Part shown: positions 49,514 through 56,958 of the stretch, piece by piece | Layout of the letters: the number at the start of each line of letters is the position of its first letter | How positions within the stretch are numbered: the stretch's first letter is position 1 | From: Chloroflexia bacterium | GTDB lineage: Bacteria > Chloroflexota > Chloroflexia > QHBQ01 > JADMIH01 | Direction of reading: 5' to 3' | Assembly (NCBI GenBank): GCA_034437815.1 | Contig: DAOTTC010000088.1 | Location: 9,371-73,370 of the forward strand | DNA length: 64,000 nt | The notes under the pieces: model-generated | Seen by the model: the letters and a program-made list of their open reading frames with translations, nothing else | The model's database searches: none | What the model was told of the DNA's origin: nothing | Position numbers and translations under genes: made by a program

Positions 49514-50817
49514 TTGTGCTTGGCAGCCGCGGCCGCAGACAGCTAAAATCCAGAATACGCAATTTATGGCCCACCTCTGGGCTGTTGCGTCAGGGCGCCA
49601 CCCTGTTTTTATCCAACAGCCTCGGTCAGGCCCTCGCTTTCTTGACGTCCATCGCCGTGGGCAGGCTACTCGGTGTGCACAGCTTTGGCCAATACGCCAC
49701 GGTCATGGCATTGGTGTTCGTGCTGGGCGTTTTCGCCGAGATGGGCATGGAGACGCACCTGACCAGAGAAGTGGCCCGTTCGCCTGCGAGGAGCAGAGAG
49801 CTCTTGCTGGCGTCGCTGCTGGCCAAGAGCATGTTGGGCGGCGTGCTGGCACTGGCGCTTGCTCTGCCCGCGCTTGCCGGCCTGTTGGCCCCGGATAGGA
49901 GCAGCGTGCCGGCTGTGCAAGTGGCGGGTCTGTTGCTGGTACTCAACGCATATAACGCATCGTTCAGCGCGGTGTTCCGAGCATGGGGGCGCATGGGTTA
50001 CGTTCTGGCAATCAATGTCTCTGGCCTCTCCTTGCAGCTGGCCGGAGCCATACCCGTGCTTGTGGCCTTCCGCAGCGTGCCCGCGCTCATGGTGTGGCTT
50101 GTGGTCGTGCAGGTCTATGAGCTGGCACTTGGTTGGTGGCTGTTCCGGAAGAGCGAGCGAATGTATGGGACCGGCGCATTGCACCCACGCCTGCGCTACC
50201 TTGCCGCCGACCTGTTGCGCCGGTCGCTGCCTTTCACCCTCGCCGGGGTGGTGGGAGCGTTGACCCTGAGGATCGATCTTTTCCTGATAGAGGCGCTGCG
50301 AGGCGTATCCTCGGCAGGGGTGTACGGCGTTGCCCTACGTTTAGCCGACCTGCTTGTGCTGGCCCCCAACTCTCTGTATGCGGCCCTGCTGCCCGCGCTG
50401 GCAGTGGCACACAATGGGGGGTCGGTCGGCACTACCTACCGAGAGGCAGTGCGCGCGATGGCCCTCGTGGGCTTGGTTGCCACACTCCTTGGCCTGCTGC
50501 TGGCCGACCTATTTGTATGGTTCAGCTTCGGGGAAGACTTTCGGGCCGCCGCGCACCCCCTGCAAGTGCTCTCCCTTATGCTCCCGGCCCTGCTGGTGAA
50601 CCGCACTACCACAGTGCAATTATACGCCAGCTACCGTGAGGCTCACGCCAACGTGGGGCTAGTGCTGAACCTTGGGGTGCGGGTTGCCATGGGCCTCATG
50701 CTTGTGGGAGCGTGGGGTGCACCGGGCGCGGCGCTGGCCGCTGTCAGTGGAGAGTGCGCTTTGTTATGTTTTTACTACCTGACGGGAGCCATGAGGGCAG
50801 AAAGCACCCAGCGATGA
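49510..50817 (+). CDS. Wzx/MOP-family oligosaccharide flippase
   Basis: Multi-TM; GRLLGVHSFGQY, EMGMETHLTREVAR, GVYGVALRL; GTG overlaps the upstream stop. Confidence 0.88.
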   Translation: MIVLGSRGRRQLKSRIRNLWPTSGLLRQGATLFLSNSLGQALAFLTSIAVGRLLGVHSFGQYATVMALVFVLGVFAEMGMETHLTREVARSPARSRELLLASLLAKSMLGGVLALALALPALAGLLAPDRSSVPAVQVAGLLLVLNAYNASFSAVFRAWGRMGYVLAINVSGLSLQLAGAIPVLVAFRSVPALMVWLVVVQVYELALGWWLFRKSERMYGTGALHPRLRYLAADLLRRSLPFTLAGVVGALTLRIDLFLIEALRGVSSAGVYGVALRLADLLVLAPNSLYAALLPALAVAHNGGSVGTTYREAVRAMALVGLVATLLGLLLADLFVWFSFGEDFRAAAHPLQVLSLMLPALLVNRTTTVQLYASYREAHANVGLVLNLGVRVAMGLMLVGAWGAPGAALAAVSGECALLCFYYLTGAMRAESTQR

Positions 50818-51530
50818 AGCGCCGATGGAAGCGGTTGGTCAGGTATGTGTTGAAGCGGGTGCTGGACTGGCGCTTCCGCAACTTCCGGCCGGGTGCCCGG
50901 CCTGCGCACGAGGTGCGCGTCGCTGGTTTGCGTTTGCGTGTGCTGACTGGCGTGTTCGATCCCCGTCTGCACTTTACCAGCGCGTTCCTCGCGACCTACC
51001 TGCGCAGGCCGGGGGTAGTGCCGCCCGGTGGCCGGGTGCTGGACCTCGGCACGGGCACAGGCATCATGGCCATCACCGCCGGTCTAGCCGGTGCCGGGCT
51101 GGTGGTGGCCACCGACATCAACCCGGCGGCAGTGCGGTGCGCAACCGGCAATGTGCTTCGCTACGGCCTGCAACATCGTGTCATGGTGCGTGCGGGCGAC
51201 CTGTTCGCACCGGTTGCGGGTGAGCGCTTCGATCTGATCGTCACCAACCCGCCCTACTACCGTGGTGAACCACGCACTATGATCGAGCGGGCTTATATGG
51301 CCGGCAGCGCGCATGAGTGGCTGGCCCGCTTCGCCTCGGGCCTTCACAAGCACTTGACCCCACACGGCCAAGCCCTTGTTGTGCTCGGCGACTCGGCGGA
51401 CATATCTGCGATCCTTGCGTTGCTGGAAGCCGCGGGCTTGCAGGTCATGCTCGTGGCCCACCGCGACATACTGGTGGAAGCGCTGTATATCTACGCACTG
51501 GTCCCTACGCAGACTGCTCCGAGGGTTTGA
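50814..51530 (+). CDS. HemK/PrmC-like (NPPY) methyltransferase
   Basis: VLDLGTGTG, TDINPAAV, GDLFAPV, FDLIVTNPPYY; ATGA coupling to the flippase. Confidence 0.88.
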   Translation: MKRRWKRLVRYVLKRVLDWRFRNFRPGARPAHEVRVAGLRLRVLTGVFDPRLHFTSAFLATYLRRPGVVPPGGRVLDLGTGTGIMAITAGLAGAGLVVATDINPAAVRCATGNVLRYGLQHRVMVRAGDLFAPVAGERFDLIVTNPPYYRGEPRTMIERAYMAGSAHEWLARFASGLHKHLTPHGQALVVLGDSADISAILALLEAAGLQVMLVAHRDILVEALYIYALVPTQTAPRV

Positions 51531-53257
51531 TGGATTGGTCGGCACCACAGGTGAAGAGCGCTCCGCGGGTACCCTGTGGGCTGGCGCCTCTGCTCGCTTT
51601 TGCAGGCGTGGCTTGTGTAGGCGCTTCACTCTTAGCCTACCTCCTCCTTCGATTCCCCTTCGATGGATTGTACGGGCAAGACAGCTACGCTTATTACTAT
51701 CAGTCCCTCGAGCTGTGGCGTCGGCTGACCGGTGGGGAGGTTCCCCGATGGCCCTTCGAGGGAGTGGGGCTGTATCATTGGCCGGTTGGCTACCATCTGC
51801 ACATAATTGCAGGCTTGGTGGTGGGCGATGGTCCACAGGGTGGGCGCGCGATTACACTCGTCATGGCCGTGCTCCTGCCGGTGATGGTGGCTGTGCTTGC
51901 ATGGGAGCTGTTGCGCTATAGGCCAGCGCCCGAGCGCCTGTTTGCCGGCGTGGTGGCGGGCCTCACCCTGCTGTTCACAGGCGTGTATGTGCGCAGTGGA
52001 CTGGCGCTCATGTCCGACCTGCCCGCCCTGTTCTGGACGATGTTGGGGCTAAATTGCTGGGTACGCGCCGTGGCCCTGAGCGATAACCCCTATCCGCGCC
52101 GCGCCGCACCTGTTGCGGTCTATGGGTTTATCGCGGGGCTGGCTCTGGGCATGGCTGTCGCAGTGCGCTATACTTCCGTGTTGCTGGTGGTCCCGGCTCT
52201 GGCCTATCTCCTTGCGTACAGGCCGCTTCCTGCGAGCGTAGACCCACGCGCGGCAGGTGAGCACCCAGTGCAATCAAGAACGAGGTTTGCCCGACCGACG
52301 TGGGCACTGCAGTCACTACGCCGGTTGCTCACGTGGGGGGGAGTGGGATTTGCTATGGGCCTGCTGCCTCAAATCGCCTACAGGTTGTCTTACACCAACA
52401 GCCCTGCCGGCTTGCCCGTGGACTGGAACATGGGCAACTTTTTTGCGACCATTGTTAGCAGGTCGTCGGGTGACATGGCTGTGTTCTCTTACCCGATGTC
52501 GGTGTTCTATGTGGTCATGCCCGCCGCTGACCCTTCGGGCACTTTCCTCTCGCCGTTATACCTGCCTGCTCTGGCTCTGGGTCTTGCCCTGATGGTGCGC
52601 AAGAGGCAGTGGCCCGCCCTCACACTGCTCGTCAGTTGGTGGTTGGTGCCCGCCCTCTTCTTGAGCGGCACCACATTTCAGACCCACCGTTATGTGCTGG
52701 CATACCTGCCGCCGCTGGCTGTGTTGATAGGCACGGGCACAATCAATGCTTTGAGGAGCGCTGCTTCGACATACAGCCTGCCGTTAGCTTGGGGCCGAAA
52801 GTGGGCCGCGGCGGTGTTTGCAGCACTTGCACTTGTAGGCATCGTGGGAGGTCTATCCCATGGTCTGGTGGCGGCGCACGATAATGCCCGAATGCTCGCC
52901 GGCTTTCAAGCCGAGGAACAAGCGCTGGCCTCTCTGGTGAAAGAGGCCGTGTCACTACCGCATGCGCCAACTGGACAAGGCTCCGTGGGCATTGTGTGCT
53001 TCGGAGTGAGCGCAGCCCTTTACCATAATACAGGTTGGGCGGTGCTGGATTTCTATAACCACGATGAGGCTGAGATAAACCACTTTGTGCAAGCCCACGA
53101 CACCAGCCTGCTGGTGGTGCCGACCGAGCTTATGGATACCCGTTGGCATAATACTCCCTCGGCCCGGCGCTGGCATTATATGCAACGGGCCTACCGGCTG
53201 GTCTTCGCGGGCCGGATCGGTCAGTACAGCGTGTATCTCGTCGAGGGGATGCGTTGA
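51530..53257 (+). CDS. GT-C fold (PMT/ArnT-like) membrane glycosyltransferase
   Basis: DGLYGQDSYAY acidic first loop, HWPVGY, LMSDLPAL, RYVLAYLPPL; multi-TM. Confidence 0.8.
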   Translation: MDWSAPQVKSAPRVPCGLAPLLAFAGVACVGASLLAYLLLRFPFDGLYGQDSYAYYYQSLELWRRLTGGEVPRWPFEGVGLYHWPVGYHLHIIAGLVVGDGPQGGRAITLVMAVLLPVMVAVLAWELLRYRPAPERLFAGVVAGLTLLFTGVYVRSGLALMSDLPALFWTMLGLNCWVRAVALSDNPYPRRAAPVAVYGFIAGLALGMAVAVRYTSVLLVVPALAYLLAYRPLPASVDPRAAGEHPVQSRTRFARPTWALQSLRRLLTWGGVGFAMGLLPQIAYRLSYTNSPAGLPVDWNMGNFFATIVSRSSGDMAVFSYPMSVFYVVMPAADPSGTFLSPLYLPALALGLALMVRKRQWPALTLLVSWWLVPALFLSGTTFQTHRYVLAYLPPLAVLIGTGTINALRSAASTYSLPLAWGRKWAAAVFAALALVGIVGGLSHGLVAAHDNARMLAGFQAEEQALASLVKEAVSLPHAPTGQGSVGIVCFGVSAALYHNTGWAVLDFYNHDEAEINHFVQAHDTSLLVVPTELMDTRWHNTPSARRWHYMQRAYRLVFAGRIGQYSVYLVEGMR

Positions 53258-53292
53258 TCCCACGCCCCTTTGCGATGGAGTTGGCGATATGA

Positions 53293-53320
53293 AGCCACGA
53301 TAATTACCGTTATCGTGGGT
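53293..53320. other. dif-like tyrosine-recombinase core site (11-6-11)
   Basis: AGCCACGATAA TTACCG TTATCGTGGGT; perfect 9-bp arms, extending to 13/15 bp; 130 bp upstream of the recombinase gene. Confidence 0.6.
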
Positions 53321-53355
53321 ACATTGGCTAAATTAGACCGCGCAGTGGATATCCG

Positions 53356-53383
53356 TTGCGATAAGGCCTCGCGCATGTATAAT
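53356..53383 (+). promoter_or_regulatory. putative sigma70 promoter of the recombinase
   Basis: TTGCGA-16 nt-TATAAT. Confidence 0.6.
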
Positions 53384-53450
53384 AGCAAGTGTGCCTCTGT
53401 GCCTCGTCCGTAAAGCTGCAAACAGCACCCACACACGACAGGATACGATC

Positions 53451-54548
53451 ATGGCATCGGCCGTAAACAAGCCCAGACACCACCGGCTCTCGGACAGCGC
53501 CGCCGGTGACCCGGGGGAAGCCACCCCGATAACTTCTCACATATCCGCTCCCACTTCGCAGTGGCCTGAGGCTCTTACTACCTTGCCTGCCCCTCTGGCC
53601 TGCCCAGACCCGGTCGAAGTGGTGCTCGCTGGGGTGTTATCCGGCAACAGTAAGCGGGCCTATCTGGGGGACATCAGGCATTTCTTGGGCTACTTGCAAG
53701 AGCGGGGCATTGCCTTGCAGCAGGTGTCCAAGCCTGTTATGATAGGATACCGCGCATATCTGGCCCACAGGTATGCACCCGCCACTGTCAACAGGCGGCT
53801 GACGGTGGCTCGCCGGCTGGTGACCGAGGCTTGGGAGCTTGGTTTGCTGGTAGGACAGGCGCGCAATCCCGCCGAAGGGCGCGCGGTCGCGGGTCTCAAG
53901 CATGGAGGAGACCGTGGGAAGCCGGCGCTCACAATGGAGCAGGCGCGCCAACTGTTAGCGCACACCCGCGCCGCAGGCGATCTGCCGGCCCTCCGGGATG
54001 CGGCGCTGTTGCACCTGTTGATCGGCACGGGCATGCGCCGGTCAGAGGTGGTGGCAGCGCGCCTGTCCGACCTCAAATTGGAGAACGGCTACCATGTTCT
54101 CGTGGTGACGGGCAAGGGCAATAAGCGGCGGTTGGTCAAGCTCAACGACGGCGTGCTGGCTGACCTATATGCATGGCTCACAGCGGCAGGTCGTGGTTAT
54201 GTCAACTCGCAGGGCAGGTTCGTGCCCACCACCATATATGCGCCGCTGTTTTCCGCGGTGAGGCGCATAGGACGCGGCCCGGCTGCGCACTGGCGGGTGA
54301 GCGACAAACCATTGTCCGATTGGTCGGTGTGGCAGATAGTGACCCGGCGCATAACCGGCGCGGGGCTTGAAGTGGACACGTCGCCCCACGGCCTGCGCGC
54401 CACGTTTATAACACTGGCGCTCGAAGCCGGTGCCACCATCTCCAAAGTGCAGGACGCCGCCGGCCACAGCGACCCCCGCACCACCGACCGCTACCGGAGG
54501 CGCAAAGCCACCCTCGACGACAACGCCGCGGATTACGTTCGCCTGTAA
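53451..54548 (+). CDS. tyrosine recombinase (XerC/D-like, N-terminal SAM-like domain)
   Basis: RDAALLHLLIGTGMRRSEV (R), GKGNKRR (K), HGLRAT (H-X-X-R), AGHSDPRTTDRY (H, Y): the full catalytic set. Confidence 0.93.
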   Translation: MASAVNKPRHHRLSDSAAGDPGEATPITSHISAPTSQWPEALTTLPAPLACPDPVEVVLAGVLSGNSKRAYLGDIRHFLGYLQERGIALQQVSKPVMIGYRAYLAHRYAPATVNRRLTVARRLVTEAWELGLLVGQARNPAEGRAVAGLKHGGDRGKPALTMEQARQLLAHTRAAGDLPALRDAALLHLLIGTGMRRSEVVAARLSDLKLENGYHVLVVTGKGNKRRLVKLNDGVLADLYAWLTAAGRGYVNSQGRFVPTTIYAPLFSAVRRIGRGPAAHWRVSDKPLSDWSVWQIVTRRITGAGLEVDTSPHGLRATFITLALEAGATISKVQDAAGHSDPRTTDRYRRRKATLDDNAADYVRL

Positions 54549-54562
54549 CAGTGGCACAAGAT

Positions 54563-54638
54563 GGGGTGCAGGGGCACTCCCCTGCCGGGGGTTGTGGGGG
54601 TACAAGTGTCCCCACCTCTCCTAATTTATAGCCTTTCC
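54563..54638 (+). repeat. family I REP/PATE-like element
   Basis: GGGGTGCAGGGGCACTCCCCTGCCGGGGGTTGTGGGGG...CTCTCCTAATTTATAGCCTTTCC. Confidence 0.82.
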
Positions 54639-54700
54639 GGGATAATTGACCTCACACAGCGTGTCTTGTGAATACAAGCTGGCGAAAGGAGCCAACGAGC

Positions 54701-55006
54701 ATGGTGCGGGTAATCCGCAGGCAAGAAGGCACTCCAGTGACCGAAGCCTCGATCAGGCGTCAGTTCGAAGCCGAAGGTCTACAACCTTACGCATGGTCCA
54801 ACGCCCCGGGGGACGTGTACGGCGTGCATTCCCACCCCTACCATAAGGTGCTCTACGTGGTGCAAGGTTCGATTACTTTTCGCCTGCCCGATAGGGGCGA
54901 ATCGATAGAGCTTCAGCCGGGGGACCGCCTTGAACTGCCCCCGGGAGTGCGCCACGACGCCATAGTCGGACCGAAAGGTGTAGTGTGCCTTGAGGCGCAC
55001 ATGTGA
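54701..55006 (+). CDS. cupin domain protein
   Basis: YGVHSHPYHKVLYVVQGSI and LQPGDRLELPPGVRH cupin motifs. Confidence 0.88.
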   Translation: MVRVIRRQEGTPVTEASIRRQFEAEGLQPYAWSNAPGDVYGVHSHPYHKVLYVVQGSITFRLPDRGESIELQPGDRLELPPGVRHDAIVGPKGVVCLEAHM

Positions 55007-55093
55007 AGGACGGGCGACAGGCCCCTCTTCTCTCACCTCTCACCCGCTCGGCCATGAGCATGGCGCGCATCTCGCGCCTGTCGCGCCTGCCGT

Positions 55094-55288
55094 CTACAGT
55101 TCGCCGCGCTCTTCTTTCTGCCTTATGTCCTCAAGGATCGTCTGTCGATCCCCTTCGGCCTGACTAGGCTTGTGCGCAGGCATGGGTTCGGCACGCTCGG
55201 AGAGTGGCTCATCGCCAAGTGACCTGACCTGTGACCCCTCGGGGTCGTTGGATTGTGCTCGGCCACCTTGTTCATTGTCCATGTCCAT
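55094..55288 (-). CDS. small acidic hypothetical protein (64 aa)
   Basis: GAGG RBS, follows osmC on the same strand; no recognised domain. Confidence 0.55.
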   Translation of the reverse strand: MDMDNEQGGRAQSNDPEGSQVRSLGDEPLSERAEPMPAHKPSQAEGDRQTILEDIRQKEERGEL

Positions 55289-55347
55289 CTGTGCGACCTC
55301 ATAGTCTCATAGTCTCATGTCAGTCAGGTGAGGCTCGTGGGCATTGC

Positions 55348-55791
55348 TCACTGTTCCAGTGTGGGGCGGACCTGAATGTTCACGTTACCTTTGAGCGCTC
55401 GGGACACCGGACAACCCTCGCCTGCCGCACGGGCCACTTGCTCGAAGTCCTCTTGGCTCAGGCCGGGCACTCTGCCCCGTACATCAAGCTCCATCGTGGT
55501 GATGGTAGGCTTGCCGTCAACCCGGTCGAAAGTGCACACTGCCGTGATAGACAGGCGGCTCGGCGGGTGCCCTTTCTGCGCAAGCTCGTTGGATAGCGCC
55601 ATCGCGAAGCATGATGCGTGGGCAGCGGCGATCAATTCTTCCGGGCTGGTAGTGCTGTCCGGTTCTTCGGCACGTGCCCTCCATGTAACCGGCTGGTCAC
55701 GCAGCACTCCACTGCCCACGCTAACTCTGCCTTGACCCTCTCTCAGACTGCCTTCCCACACCACCTCGGCTCGTCTCTGTGCCATCGGCAT
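55348..55791 (-). CDS. osmC: OsmC family peroxiredoxin
   Basis: WEGSL, TSPEELIAAAHASCFAMAL, CPVSRAL. Confidence 0.94.
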   Translation of the reverse strand: MPMAQRRAEVVWEGSLREGQGRVSVGSGVLRDQPVTWRARAEEPDSTTSPEELIAAAHASCFAMALSNELAQKGHPPSRLSITAVCTFDRVDGKPTITTMELDVRGRVPGLSQEDFEQVARAAGEGCPVSRALKGNVNIQVRPTLEQ

Positions 55792-55902
55792 AGCAGTAGC
55801 AAACCTCCTTGGTCACCGATAATAGTCAGGGTGAAACCCACCAGTTGGATGTAGCAAAATCCGAGCCATGAGAAGCAACTGGTGCATATTCATGCAAGAC
55901 AT

Positions 55903-55925
55903 TGGGGAAGGGCTGTCCCTCCCCA
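55903..55925. repeat. hairpin repeat family II
   Basis: TGGGGAAGGGCTGTCCCTCCCCA. Confidence 0.55.
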
Positions 55926-55960
55926 GCCTTTCCTTCCCTACCTCAACGTCTTGCACGCCT

Positions 55961-56788
55961 TCAACCCTTATAGGTCAGCACCCGGCCCCACAGGCTCTTG
56001 GTACCCCAGATGCCCGACCGGAGGGCCTCAAGTTGGACGATCTGACTGTGATCCACAAACAGGTTCACCTCGGGGCCGTAGTTCTTGATGTACCACGCAA
56101 ACACCTCTGGGTCGGCGGCTTCGAACATCACCCGCTCCAGACCCAGCTCTGAAATTATGCGCGCTACCACATCGGTGCGCCATGTGGTCACATTCTCTGT
56201 GATGCCTTCGGATTCGATCATGATAAGCGAGGCCCCGGCTTCAATGCACCGGCGAGCTATGTGGATAGCCCAACCTACGTCTCGTGTGCCCTCGGCTTCC
56301 AACTCGGCCGCCGAGGTGGCCCCGCCGGCCCCGAACTGCACACCCACTTCTGGTTTGGCTTTGAGGCCAGCTTTATGCACCCGCTCCACCAGCCGCACCA
56401 TGTCGTCCACCGGCATGGTGATGAAGCCCCCGGACACCTCGATAATATCGAAGCCCACATCACGACATTCGCCAATGTACCGGTCCACTGCTTCCGGCCC
56501 CTGTGTAAGCACGTGCTCAATGAAGCCGCCTGTGGACACCTGCACATCATAGCGGTGGGCGAGGTCAATCAGTCCTACCAATGCGCTCCGAGGCATCAGC
56601 GAGAACGACCCCCCCGCAAACTTCAGTATGTCCACGTACTGCCCCATGGTCTCCAGCACGTCCTCGAGATAGCGCCGGCCCATTGGCGTGTAATAAGGCC
56701 CGCGAATCTCCGTGAGGCCCCGGCTTCGGGGCTTGGGGTCGCGATGGTTCACCCTCAGGAACGAGAAAGCCCTGCTGTCGTCTGGCAT
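55961..56788 (-). CDS. comA: phosphosulfolactate synthase (ComA family)
   Basis: KPRSRGLTEIRGPYY, VDILKFAGGS, STGGFIE, KPEVG, IMIESEG, VNLFVDHSQ. Confidence 0.9.
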   Translation of the reverse strand: MPDDSRAFSFLRVNHRDPKPRSRGLTEIRGPYYTPMGRRYLEDVLETMGQYVDILKFAGGSFSLMPRSALVGLIDLAHRYDVQVSTGGFIEHVLTQGPEAVDRYIGECRDVGFDIIEVSGGFITMPVDDMVRLVERVHKAGLKAKPEVGVQFGAGGATSAAELEAEGTRDVGWAIHIARRCIEAGASLIMIESEGITENVTTWRTDVVARIISELGLERVMFEAADPEVFAWYIKNYGPEVNLFVDHSQIVQLEALRSGIWGTKSLWGRVLTYKG

Positions 56789-56958
56789 GGACAGTGCCTC
56801 CTTTCATGGTTAGGTGCTGAAACATGAGCACCAAACATCACGGATTTGCAGACCCATTATAACCCAATGTAAGGTGGCATTCAGGCTCGGATTCTTCGTG
56901 CTGTGCTGGTCCGGTTTGTGCTGAAATCCAATGTCGGGGATACAGGGAGGATGGCTAT

